Source: a virus
Virus record (IMG/VR): IMGVR_UViG_3300021512_000005
Coordinates: 9,040 to 73,039 of that record
Length of the DNA: 64,000 nt
Reading direction: 5' to 3' (one strand)
Each line of letters starts with the position of its first letter. Within the stretch, counting starts at the first letter, position 1. Shown piece by piece: positions 39,231 to 49,962 of the stretch. Both the position numbers and the translations under genes were made by a program. Below the pieces are notes generated by a model. It ran no database searches and was not told the DNA's origin. It saw only the letters and a list, made by a program, of their open reading frames with translations.

Positions 39231-39447
39231 TTCGCATCCAATTAAGGATTGTAAAATATATCCCGTGTTTTCTGTTGATATGTTTTAAGAATGCTGGAAA
39301 ACTCTTATAAGATGCTCCATTACAGTTAATATCTGTGCAAACCCATCTGCAATGTCTATCAGTTGATTCTGATGCTGGATAATAGTCATACGATATCCCT
39401 ATCTTATCCAGTATCTCTTTTCGGAATTCTGTTGTTGTATTTGTCAT
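39223..39447 (-). CDS. Small C2H2-like zinc-finger protein
   Basis: 'WVCTDINC...FLKHINRKH'. Confidence 0.45.
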   Translation of the reverse strand: MTNTTTEFRKEILDKIGISYDYYPASESTDRHCRWVCTDINCNGASYKSFPAFLKHINRKHGIYFTILNWMRNV

Positions 39448-39994
39448 TGTTGATTCATCTCCTTATCGGATAATATTATATTGAACTTAATACCTTATAA
39501 AGGTTTCCTTCTTAAACTTTTAAAGTTTTAAGATTCTAATCATATTGCATTAAATGATTATAGAGATTGCGGACGGCTTTATCAAGATATTCAGTATTTT
39601 TACCTTCTTTTTCAAGTTGTGTTTCAAGATTTTTTTAGTCTAAAAACACAATCTTCAACTACTTCCATTACATTATTGTTTGTCATTTTTGATTCATCTC
39701 CTTATCGGATAATTATTAATTGAACTTAATACCTTATAAAGCTTTCCTTTTTAAATTTTTAAAGTTTCAATCACATCAATCAAACAATAATTAATATTTT
39801 AAAAATAATAATTAACAAAAATACAATAAACAATGTAATATTACATATATTTAAACAATTTAATGCCCATTTATTCCAAATTTTTGATTCAATAAAAATT
39901 TCTTTAATTGAAAGATTTATAATTAAAAAAATTGCTATAAACATTCCATAATATAAAATTTCATTAATTGAAATAAATTGAATGTTTATTATAG

Positions 39995-40372
39995 TTAACA
40001 TTTATTAAACCTCAATAATATAATTAATCCCAAACAAAATAATATAAATGATGATGCCTCAGGAACCGGTTCAACGGGTTCAATTGGTCTATTTCTTCTA
40101 TTACCTTTAACTTTTGTATTATTATGATCTATTTTATCCTGAACTATTGTACTATTATCCTGGACTATTGTACTATTATCCTGGACTATTGTACTATTAT
40201 CCTGGACCATTGTACCATTATCCTGAATCATTGTACCATTATCTTGGATCATTGTACCATTATCCTGAATTATAAATATAATACACATTATTATTATTAA
40301 ATTTATAATCATTAAACTAATTTTAATTATATTCATATTAAATTTAATTCTTCTAACTCTATACCCATACAA
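39995..40372 (-). CDS. Secreted glycoprotein-like protein with PEP/PEF-CTERM-like sorting signal
   Basis: N-terminal hydrophobic signal, six QDN(G/S)T repeats, C-terminal VPEASSFILFCLGLIILLRFNK. Confidence 0.6.
   Translation of the reverse strand: MYGYRVRRIKFNMNIIKISLMIINLIIIMCIIFIIQDNGTMIQDNGTMIQDNGTMVQDNSTIVQDNSTIVQDNSTIVQDKIDHNNTKVKGNRRNRPIEPVEPVPEASSFILFCLGLIILLRFNKC
40135..40268. repeat. 21-bp tandem repeat (7-aa glycosylation-sequon repeat)
   Basis: ttatcctggactattgtacta-like units visible in tandem. Confidence 0.85.
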
Positions 40373-40723
40373 AGTATATCATCCAAATCAGGTTTATCTA
40401 AATCCTTCAAATCCTCTTTCTTTCGCTTCTTTCACCCCATTCTCGTATGATTGGGAGCAATCACAACCAAAGAATGGACATGACCGATCGTTTATTGTAC
40501 AATTACCCAATTCGTCAGAATGGATACATTGAGTACGCATTCTATTTAATTCATCTTCTAACGACATTATCATCACCTCTTATTCGCATAATACCGCTGC
40601 AATTTACAATTGTAACCTTGTAATTTACCGTTTGTAAGAATGCTAGAATTAATCCCACATTCCTGTTCATTACCATACGCTTCACAGCGCATACAGATCA
40701 TAGTTTGTGTGTTCATTGTTGAC

Positions 40724-40978
40724 TCATCTCCTTATTATATCATTTATATTATTATCTCCAATTGTACATATATCTTTATAGTAATAGCCTCCTACTTTAT
40801 ACCATCTACCAGTAGACAATTTTATTTCAATTCTACAAGAAGTAGCACTAAATTTGTATCGTCTATTACCTTCTTTATTTACACAATTACCCCACCGATC
40901 AATATGAAAATCTTTTTCATCTACTAAAAATGTTTTCATTGCTTCTATAATTTTCTGGTTCTTTTTATTTGTTGCCAT
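40724..40978 (-). CDS. Hypothetical early protein
   Basis: First ORF after the promoter copy at 41011. Confidence 0.45.
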   Translation of the reverse strand: MATNKKNQKIIEAMKTFLVDEKDFHIDRWGNCVNKEGNRRYKFSATSCRIEIKLSTGRWYKVGGYYYKDICTIGDNNINDIIRR

Positions 40979-41068
40979 TGTTGATTCATCTCCTTATTGG
41001 ATAATTATTAATTGAACTTAATACCTTATAAAGCTTTCCTTCTTAAACTTTTAAAATTTAAAAATCTT

Positions 41069-41230
41069 GGACCAATGTACCCGGGATATAGGACCAATGT
41101 ACCCGGGAAATAGGATCAATGTGCCCGGGATATAGGACCAATGTACCCGGGATATAGGACCAATGTACCCGGGATATAGGACCAATGTTCTGGACCAATA
41201 CACCTAGAATATAGACCAATATACCTGGGT
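41069..41230. repeat. Five 22-bp tandem direct repeats (GGACCAATGTACCCGGGATATA) plus degenerate copies
   Basis: Units at 41069, 41091, 41113, 41135, 41157; partial copies 41179-41230; non-coding and GC-richer than the flanks. Confidence 0.9.
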
Positions 41231-41409
41231 CTATCTTTTGCCTAATTAACTAAAATAAACTCTTTATTTCAAAATTGTAGACTTATAATTGGATAATTTT
41301 TAAACTACTTTATTTGGAAAAATATTGGATTTGATGGGATATTTGGCTCTTTGCTTAATTTTTTGGGTCTTTTTTAATTACTATTACTTATAATTTTCTG
41401 TTCAAATTT

Positions 41410-41645
41410 ATACGAGTAAACGAGTAATCAAAAATGATAGCAAGAGGCAACTTTGTAAGAAATTACTCGTTACTCGTTTCTTTTTCAGCTTCATCTTATT
41501 TCAACAATGATAAGTTTTAACATAAGAACCTATTTACTATATACATATAAACTTAATATTTATATGAGTAATGAGTAAATGATAGCAGGAGGCAAGTTTT
41601 ATTACTCGTATCCAAAAAAATTACTCGTATCGATATGAGTAATTT
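41410..41645. other. Putative replication origin (GAGTAA/TTACTC iterons in both orientations)
   Basis: About nine GAGTAA/TTACTC hexamers plus two AATGATAGCARGAGGCAA repeats in AT-rich non-coding DNA directly downstream of the primase-helicase gene. Confidence 0.6.
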
Positions 41646-43852
41646 CATTCATCAAATTTAACACCCAAAAAACCTCGAATTCTTTCACCATTTATCATTT
41701 TTTGTTTATATTTACATTCTCTAAAAAATGAATTTTTAAATTCTCGAATAAATGTCTTTTTAGGCATTGAAACTGGAATATTAACATCTTTGCACCAAAT
41801 TTCATATCGATCATATAAATCATCACTTGATATAAAATCATCAAATATAAAATCAGTAAATTCCAAATTATCTTCACCAAATCTAAAAATTATATTAGAT
41901 AAAAGATCATGTTCTTCAGCAACATCATCAATATTCTTTTTAACAAATCCACCTCTCTTAACTAACCGATCTAATCCCTTTAATGCCAAATTAATAAGTC
42001 CAGACATTTCCTCTTCAGTAATATAGTCATCAAAATTAAATGGATTATCTTCTGTAAGTTCAAAATGATTTAAACATTGAATTAATCTCAATCGTCGATA
42101 AGTCGCATCACTTCGATCATCAAATCTTGGTAATTCATTACATCCAAACATTATTTTAGCACTATTTCTAAATTCAACCATTGGTTTTCCTTTAACATTA
42201 GCAGTAATTCTATCAGTACCAGTTAATTTTTTAATTTTATTTAAACCATAGATTTTATCAGAACCAGCATCAGGATCAATATTAGCCAATTTCCCAATTA
42301 ACTTAACCATATAGAATTCTTTCATTAAATCTTGCGGCTCAATATTAGAAACATTTTTCTCACCCAATAATGCTGTTATCAAATTACAATATGTCGATTT
42401 ACCTGAATCAGCCTTTCCTGTATAAATAGTAAAAGTTTTATATTTATTAATATTAGATATTAAATATCCAATCCATTCAATTTCACTATTATAATTATCA
42501 ATAATTCCATCAGTTATAAAAATATTTTTTAATAATTCTTCAATTTTAGGACATTTAGCATTAGGATCATAATTATGTGGAATTTTAGATAAAAAGAAAA
42601 ATTCAGGACTATGTGGTAATTGTTTTTTATTTCTTATATCTAAAATACAATTATTAAAATTAATATAATTTTGATATTCATTAAATTCCTTATCTAAATC
42701 ATAATACCAATATTTTTTATTTAAAAATATTAAATCTAATATTTCATTCCGCTCATGAATATTCATCAAATCCCCAAACATCTCAACTAATGCCGCTTTG
42801 ACATTTTCACCATAATCCAATTCATAAATTCCTTCTTTTTTATTATAACAATACATATATCTTTCATTATTTTTTATATGTACATTTAATTCTTTACATA
42901 AATAATCAGCAATTTTTTTTCGTTCAAATCCAATTACTTTTCCTTTTTCAGAAAATTTTAAAAAAATATCAAAATTATTATCCTTAAACAATACTAAATC
43001 AGCATTATTTTTAAAATTATAAATTCTACATTTTTCATTACAATAATTATCGCCAAAATTTTCTTTTAATTTTTCACAATTCCAGGGTTTTACTTCTTTT
43101 GCATGTTCCCATGCCTTCTCAGTATCATTTTCATTATAATCTTCTCTATAAACATATTTCATAATAAATTTAAATAAATCAATACCAAATCCCTTATTTC
43201 TCAAATCTGCAGCAATTGCACCATCAGATTTCCATTTTTCAATATCTGAAAAATTATTTTTTATTGCATTATATATACATTTTGGTGCCGATCGCATATA
43301 TTTTTTCATTTCATTATTTAAATTTAATAATTTATTCCAATTTTTTATCATCTCCTCAGGAATTTCTTGAATTTCTTTATCAATATCATTAAATCTATAA
43401 ATATCACCAGACTTATGAGTCGACGGCGGCACAACAACATACCGCTTATCACTTTTAACTTCAATATTTAAAAAATTTGTATCATTTTTATTACTACCAA
43501 CATGATCCTTTATTTTAGGATTATATTTAAAATATATATGTCCTCTTCCATTAGTTCTTTTTGACATAAGAGTATTTATTTCAACATTTTTAAATAATTC
43601 CTCTTTATAAAGTTCATCATCAATATCAAAAACAATAATACCAGATTTTTTACCTGTTAAAACAGCCAAATTACCTTTAATATTATTATTTTTATCTTTT
43701 TTCATTTCTATAAAAATTTCTGCCGGTTTTAATGCTTTCTTTAAATTACCCCATTTAGTTAACGGTTTTTTATCATTTTCAGAAATTGGAATAATCCACC
43801 AATTTCTTTTTATATATTTATCAATTAATTTTGTAGTTAAATATGGATCCAT
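41645..43852 (-). CDS. Bifunctional Prim-Pol primase with D5-like SF3 helicase
   Basis: 'GIIVFDID', 'GRGHIYF', 'YVVVPPSTH'; Walker A 'GKADSGKST'; 'KKLTGTD', 'RRL'. Confidence 0.88.
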   Translation of the reverse strand: MDPYLTTKLIDKYIKRNWWIIPISENDKKPLTKWGNLKKALKPAEIFIEMKKDKNNNIKGNLAVLTGKKSGIIVFDIDDELYKEELFKNVEINTLMSKRTNGRGHIYFKYNPKIKDHVGSNKNDTNFLNIEVKSDKRYVVVPPSTHKSGDIYRFNDIDKEIQEIPEEMIKNWNKLLNLNNEMKKYMRSAPKCIYNAIKNNFSDIEKWKSDGAIAADLRNKGFGIDLFKFIMKYVYREDYNENDTEKAWEHAKEVKPWNCEKLKENFGDNYCNEKCRIYNFKNNADLVLFKDNNFDIFLKFSEKGKVIGFERKKIADYLCKELNVHIKNNERYMYCYNKKEGIYELDYGENVKAALVEMFGDLMNIHERNEILDLIFLNKKYWYYDLDKEFNEYQNYINFNNCILDIRNKKQLPHSPEFFFLSKIPHNYDPNAKCPKIEELLKNIFITDGIIDNYNSEIEWIGYLISNINKYKTFTIYTGKADSGKSTYCNLITALLGEKNVSNIEPQDLMKEFYMVKLIGKLANIDPDAGSDKIYGLNKIKKLTGTDRITANVKGKPMVEFRNSAKIMFGCNELPRFDDRSDATYRRLRLIQCLNHFELTEDNPFNFDDYITEEEMSGLINLALKGLDRLVKRGGFVKKNIDDVAEEHDLLSNIIFRFGEDNLEFTDFIFDDFISSDDLYDRYEIWCKDVNIPVSMPKKTFIREFKNSFFRECKYKQKMINGERIRGFLGVKFDE

Positions 43853-43854
43853 TT

Positions 43855-44466
43855 TTAATCATCCCACTGAATTTTATTAAATTCTAACTCTTTTTTATCA
43901 ATATAAAGTATTTTTTCTATATTATTTTGTATTTTATAATGTAAATTTATATAATAATTATATTTTAAATATTTAAAATATTTATTAGGATTTTTAATAA
44001 AATCATTAGGATCAATAGATGTACCTTTATCTTTTTGTACATTTCCAATCCAAATCCAATCAATTAAATCTAAAGAATATGCCTTTTTTACTTCAGATAT
44101 AAATCTTTTTTTATATTCATTAAATATATTATCATCATTAATATTATTATTTAATTTTACATTCAATTCATATTTAACAAGATCAATATTTAAATCTTCA
44201 GCAATAAATTTAACCCTATCAGAAAAATCTTGCGCAATAATAATTCCTTTTTCAGCATTTATACATTTCATATAACCTAAAATTTGACCAATAGCACTAT
44301 CTCCTGCTTCCCCCAATTTAACTTCAATTGGAATTAAATTCCCATTATCATCCTCACATAAAATATCAATATATCCAACATTAGTATTATATTCATATTC
44401 AATAAAATTTAAACCCAATTCATTTAAATTAACATTATCTCTAATATAATTTTTATTAATTTCCAT
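43855..44466 (-). CDS. NucS/EndoMS-like PD-(D/E)xK endonuclease domain protein
   Basis: 'GYIDILC..D....PIEVK......AIGQILGY'. Confidence 0.7.
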   Translation of the reverse strand: MEINKNYIRDNVNLNELGLNFIEYEYNTNVGYIDILCEDDNGNLIPIEVKLGEAGDSAIGQILGYMKCINAEKGIIIAQDFSDRVKFIAEDLNIDLVKYELNVKLNNNINDDNIFNEYKKRFISEVKKAYSLDLIDWIWIGNVQKDKGTSIDPNDFIKNPNKYFKYLKYNYYINLHYKIQNNIEKILYIDKKELEFNKIQWDD

Positions 44467-44878
44467 TTATATCACTTTCCATTTTATTTAATAATTGTTG
44501 AGCATATTCTCGTACCTGTTTATCAATTTTAATACCCATTTGAATAGGCATTATACTAATTCTAAATTTTCTCACATATTTTCCATATCTGAAAAATCCA
44601 TATATTGAATTAGTATCCCAATCATTATCATTTTTTAGATATATCTCTGGATATATAATAGATAATTGTGTTCCATTTTGTCTGAAAAGTATATCAAATA
44701 AATTATAATTAGTATAATAATCTTTTTTAATACGTTTAGTAATTTTTGTGGATATTTCGTATGTTAATTCATATTCTTCTACTACACTTGCTATAGTTTG
44801 AATTGTATAATCATAAATTTTTTGAATTTCTATATTCCTTTTATTTGCATATTCTTGAATATATTTTTTTGTTTTCAT
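44456..44878 (-). CDS. Hypothetical protein
   Basis: Operonic ORF. Confidence 0.45.
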   Translation of the reverse strand: MKTKKYIQEYANKRNIEIQKIYDYTIQTIASVVEEYELTYEISTKITKRIKKDYYTNYNLFDILFRQNGTQLSIIYPEIYLKNDNDWDTNSIYGFFRYGKYVRKFRISIMPIQMGIKIDKQVREYAQQLLNKMESDINGN

Positions 44879-45165
44879 TTATTTAACCTTTATTTTATAA
44901 CATTTTTTCTAAAATTTCTATAGTATGTTTCACTTGTTTCTTATAAAATTCAGGATATTCTTTACAACCCAAATATTTTAATTCTTTTACATATTTATCA
45001 TATATAATTTCACAATCTTTATGGTCCATTTTAATCATTTTTTATAATATAACGAATTTTTCTTTGTTTCATTACACTTTTTGGATATTTATCTAAATCA
45101 AAAAATTCTATTCCATATAAATCAATAAATTTTTTTTCTTTATTTTTTTTAGAATCCATTTAAAA

Positions 45166-45504
45166 TCACCCAATATAATAAATTCTTTTAATCCCAACAC
45201 TTTCAATAAGTTTTTGACATGATTCACAAGGTTTAGATATTCTTCCATTTATTCTTAAAACAATCATTGTAGCATCAGAAAAATCAATACCAATCCTATT
45301 ACCCTTTAAAATAGCCATTTCTTCAGCATGAATACTCCAGGGAGTTCGTTTATTTGTTTTACAACCATAAGATCGATTCCAACCAATCACATATTTTTTA
45401 GAATCAAACAAACAAACACCCAATTTCTGCCGCATATTTGACCGTTTACAAGCCTTTACTGCCAAATCATAAGCATCATTAAATTTCATACAAATCAATT
45501 CCAC
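45166..45504 (-). CDS. Cytidine/dCMP deaminase-like zinc protein
   Basis: HAE and PCxxC motifs. Confidence 0.78.
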   Translation of the reverse strand: MELICMKFNDAYDLAVKACKRSNMRQKLGVCLFDSKKYVIGWNRSYGCKTNKRTPWSIHAEEMAILKGNRIGIDFSDATMIVLRINGRISKPCESCQKLIESVGIKRIYYIG

Positions 45505-46758
45505 TTAATTTATAACCATTAATATTATTTTCCAAATATTTATAATCCAAAAGAAAATTTATATAAAGATTAACATCTAAATTTAAATTTTCAATATGTT
45601 TAATTAAAATTTTTTTAGGAATATTTGACAAAATTCCAAACTCATCAAATCCGTCATTTCTTAATTTTGTGCAAATTATATTACAATTATTTCTTATCAT
45701 TTTCATTTTTATCATTCCATAATTTATTTTCAATTTCTTTTTCAATTTTTCTTTCAATTTCTTTTTCAATATAATTTAAATTCATCTAATCACCTTTTAA
45801 ATCGAATTTCTTCCTTCAACATATACTTATTTTTTAAAAGTATTCTCAAAGATCATAAAATTAAAAACATTACCTACAAAAATAAATAAAAGTAAAATAT
45901 TACCCACAAAATACTTTTAAAAAATAAGTACATATTGAGGTTATAAAAATGAAAATTGAGATGACAAAAGAAGAAAAATATATTGCTAAAACAATTGGAT
46001 ATCCAATAGATTGGAATACAACTAAATATTCTTCATTAGCATTAGCATTATGGAAATTATATCTTGATGAATGTGATATAAGGCATAAATATGAAAAAAT
46101 ATATTGAGGATAAAATATGAAACGAACAAAAGAATGGTGGAATAACCTTACAAAAGAAGAACGATCAAGACTTGTATATCTTGAACGAGCATATAGTAAT
46201 TCAATATTTCCAGATTGTGAATGTAAATCATGTGGCGAATTATATGTAGGTGCCGGATTATGTCAATCTTGTTATAAAGAAATGAAACAATTAATAAATA
46301 AAGGAAATAAAGGAAATAAATAAAATGCAAATTATTATACCATTTGGTTGTAATGATAAATATGAAAAAAATATAAAAATTGCTAAAGAAATTCTTTTAA
46401 TAATAAAAAATAAGACTAATTATTGTGGTTGGATTGAAGATAATGATGGAAATATAATATATGGTATAATTTAATGATAAAAATATTAAAATTACAACAA
46501 ATAGGACTAATAGGTTCAATTATATCTATCATATTATTATCTCAAGGTCAAACTTTTAATGGAAATTTATTTTTATTTTTAGCACAAATTCCTTGGATAA
46601 TATATTCGCAAAAAAATAAATTATACGAATTATTAATGTTATCATTAATTTATTTCATCCTTGCTATTATTGGAATTATTAACACTTGTCATTGAAACGA
46701 CAACTCATATATAAATAACTGGTCATTATCTTATTAAAAAAATAAAGGAGAAAAATAA

Positions 46759-47610
46759 ATGTTAACATTAAGTAAATCAAAAATAAAATCATTAATAGAT
46801 TGTCCACTTAAATTCAGATTTAATTATATCGATGATCCTAAACCTGAAAAAGATACAATTTTAGATGACAAATATCTTATTGCAGGTTTAGAAATCCATG
46901 ATCGATTGGATAAAATTTATGATAAAATAGATGAACAAAAATATAAAAATATGGATATTGTAGAAAAAATAGAATATTTACACGATTTATTTGGTGATGC
47001 AGAAACAGAAAATATAGAAGCGAATGAAATCATAAATACTGCTCGTGAAAATTATATTGAATATCAACTTAACTTAGATAAAGAATTTAATAGAGATTTA
47101 GCAAAACCATATAAAAAAGAATTATTTGCCAAATTTACAATAACAGATAATTTTATAAAAAAATTTATAGAACCACGAAAAAATTCAACAACAGGAAAAA
47201 AAATTAGAAATCTAAACCCTCTTAATGAAAATATTTTAATTCGAGGTTATATCGATAGAATTGATCAATTCACAGATAACACTTATGGTATATTAGATTA
47301 TAAATCAAAAATAAGTTCAGTGACAATTTGGGAACTTTCAGGTTACATGCTTATGGCATCGATTCATTTAAATCTTCCCGAAATTAATAAAATCGGATGC
47401 TGGGGTTATAAGGATTCATCATATTTTTATAGACCAGTTAAAGTACAAAATATTGATTATTTTTTATTTAAAGTTCTTGAATTTAAAAATAATTATGATA
47501 AATACCAAAAACTCGATCGATGGCCTCGAAAACGTGGTTTCATGTGCAGATTTTGTGAATGGCAAAAATTATGTAAAAAATACAATTTCAGAGGAGAGTT
47601 AAAAAAATGA
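46759..47610 (+). CDS. Cas4-like/RecB-family PD-(D/E)xK exonuclease
   Basis: N-terminal 'SKS....DCP', 'GYIDRID', 'ILDYK', C-terminal CxxC.....C (Fe-S ligands). Confidence 0.75.
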   Translation: MLTLSKSKIKSLIDCPLKFRFNYIDDPKPEKDTILDDKYLIAGLEIHDRLDKIYDKIDEQKYKNMDIVEKIEYLHDLFGDAETENIEANEIINTARENYIEYQLNLDKEFNRDLAKPYKKELFAKFTITDNFIKKFIEPRKNSTTGKKIRNLNPLNENILIRGYIDRIDQFTDNTYGILDYKSKISSVTIWELSGYMLMASIHLNLPEINKIGCWGYKDSSYFYRPVKVQNIDYFLFKVLEFKNNYDKYQKLDRWPRKRGFMCRFCEWQKLCKKYNFRGELKK

Positions 47611-48065
47611 TTGGCAAAATATTAACAATAATATATTTTACAACAATAACAATTTTTGGCTTAGAAATGGAATTCCTTGAACATGGACCATATTTAATTA
47701 TTGGATATTATTTTATAGTATTAATAGAATATTTAAGTATTTATCAAATTATTAAAAATTGTGGGTTGATATAAAAATGACAACAAATATACATCCATTA
47801 ATAAAATGTCAAAATGTAAAAAATAAAATTATTAATTTAATAGAATCTAAAACAAATTTTCAATTAAAAAAAGATCCAAATTCAGATTTTATTTTACATT
47901 ATGGACATTATGAAGAATCAAAATTTAATGAAATTTTTACAGTAATAATTGATAATCCCATTACAACAATATTTGTAAAAAATAAAAATAAATGGACATA
48001 TAATTTATTAAAAAATAAAAATATAATGAAATATTTTTAAAATTAAAATATAGAGGTATAAAAAA

Positions 48066-48821
48066 ATGTTAAAATTATGTGCATTATTACCAATTAATTA
48101 TCTCCATTGGGGCAATAATCTTAATGACTATCATTTAATTCTTCCACATATTGCTGAAAAATCAAAATTATATTTAAATCATTTTAAATATCAAAAAGGA
48201 TATAAAATAATTGATAATTCAACATTTGAACTTGGGCATTCAGTTTCAAATAAATTAATGTATCAAATAATAAAAGAAATTAATGCTAATGCATATTTTC
48301 TTCCAGAAATTAAAAATGATGAAAAAGAAAGTATTAAAATACGAAATCAATTTTTAAAATCTGAAATATATAATAATTTATATGATAAATTAACATATCA
48401 AGCATTTCAATCAGAAGATGCAATTCCAATTGGAGATTATATTTCAATTCCAGCACATCTTAATCGCCCAAAAGTTATAGATCAATTATTTCAAAAATAT
48501 GGTCATATTTTTAATTCAATATATCTAAGTGGTCTTACCGGTGGTAAAAGAAAATTTGATATAACAAAAATTGCAGAATTAATATATTTACAAAAAAAAT
48601 ATCCAAATTTAAATATATATATGGATACATCTCTTCCTTATTTATTAACAAAAATAAATACATCATTAAATAGATTAATTTTGACAGGTGATCGACCAAA
48701 ACTTCCTAAAATGGATTTTTGGGATTTTAATTTATATGATTTTAAACTATTTCAATATAATTTTTGGAATTTGAAATCATTAACACATATTAATGATAAA
48801 ATTAGTAAAATAAAGATTTAG
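48066..48821 (+). CDS. Putative TIM-barrel protein, possibly TGT/DpdA-like
   Basis: 'IIDNSTFELG' and 'DTSLP' resemble TGT-superfamily motifs; weak. Confidence 0.35.
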   Translation: MLKLCALLPINYLHWGNNLNDYHLILPHIAEKSKLYLNHFKYQKGYKIIDNSTFELGHSVSNKLMYQIIKEINANAYFLPEIKNDEKESIKIRNQFLKSEIYNNLYDKLTYQAFQSEDAIPIGDYISIPAHLNRPKVIDQLFQKYGHIFNSIYLSGLTGGKRKFDITKIAELIYLQKKYPNLNIYMDTSLPYLLTKINTSLNRLILTGDRPKLPKMDFWDFNLYDFKLFQYNFWNLKSLTHINDKISKIKI

Positions 48822-49025
48822 GAATATTTTTAAAAAATAAGTACAATTTGAGGTAAACAAATGTCAATAATAGTTTGTAAAAATTGTAATAAAAAAGCAT
48901 TTAAAACAAAATCCGTAGTTTTTTGTTTTAATAATAATTGTAAAAATTATTTAAAATTTACAAAATTAAATTCATCATATTTTTATAAACATTTTTGTGA
49001 AATAAAATCTATTAATGAGGATTAA

Positions 49026-49472
49026 ATGTGTACAAATTTTTATTATGATCCAAAATATTTAAAAGATATAATGTCAAATGAATATAATAAAAAAGATATT
49101 TACTATGATCTTTTAGAACTCCCTTCTGGTAATTATATTCCAATTTTATATCTTTTGGAAATTGGAATTTCTTGGGAAACATTTTTAGAAATTCCATTAG
49201 GTGATTATCGAGATTGGGAATTTTTTGAATGTTCTAATTGTAAAAATAAATTATTTTATCCAGGTTTATGCAAAAAATGTTGTAAAAATTTAACACAAGA
49301 AGAAATAAATCAATATAAAGAAAAATTAATAATTAAATATGAAAAAAGTATTATTGAATTGAAAAAAATAATAAAAAATAATGCCTGGAATAAATGTAAA
49401 TATATTCGATCATATTTTATAAGATTAGAAGATAAAAATGGTAAATATAGATCATATTATAGAAATTTCTAA
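49026..49472 (+). CDS. Hypothetical zinc-finger protein
   Basis: CxxC...GLCxxC. Confidence 0.45.
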   Translation: MCTNFYYDPKYLKDIMSNEYNKKDIYYDLLELPSGNYIPILYLLEIGISWETFLEIPLGDYRDWEFFECSNCKNKLFYPGLCKKCCKNLTQEEINQYKEKLIIKYEKSIIELKKIIKNNAWNKCKYIRSYFIRLEDKNGKYRSYYRNF

Positions 49473-49962
49473 TAGGATTTATTATTTTTAAAAAAGAAAA
49501 ATAAAATAAAAAAAATGAATAAAAATTAAAAGGTGAAAATAAAATGAGAGCATGGTCAAAATATAGATATGAACTTGGATCTGATTTGACAAATAAAATA
49601 ATTAATAAATATAATTTAGAACCAGAATTTAATGATATAATTAAAAAAGCAATATTAGAAAAATTAAATAGTCTTAATGATGAAGAATTTATAAATATTT
49701 GGGATAAATATATGTATTATTCAATTGGTTATACTGTTGATTATTTATATAAAGATGATAAAAATGATAAAAATAAATAAAGAATTTGAATTATAAAGAT
49801 CATTAACACATATCTATGATATTCGTGATCGTTTTGAAATTGCATTACAATATTGGAAAAAGAAAAAAGATGAACAAAAAATAAAAAATTGTATTCATGC
49901 AATTAATATATGTGATAAATTATCTAAAGATTATATAAAAAGATTAAAGAGGTTATATAATA

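Larger units (their letters stand above)
35356..41056 (-). promoter_or_regulatory. Seven copies of a ~45-bp BRE-TATA early promoter (starting near 35356, 35959, 36265, 38135, 39480, 39719, 41011; partial at 33421)
   Basis: Minus-strand consensus TTTAAAAGTTTAAGAAGGAAAGCTTTATAAGGTATTAAGTTCAAT, a purine-rich BRE plus TTTATAA; each copy precedes small ORFs. Confidence 0.75.

Noticed and set aside
41069-41230. Possible mini-CRISPR array
   Set aside because: The repeats are directly adjacent with no unique spacers.
46759-47610. Cas4-like gene as part of a CRISPR-Cas locus
   Set aside because: No other cas genes or array; solo Cas4-like nucleases are common in archaeal virus replication modules.
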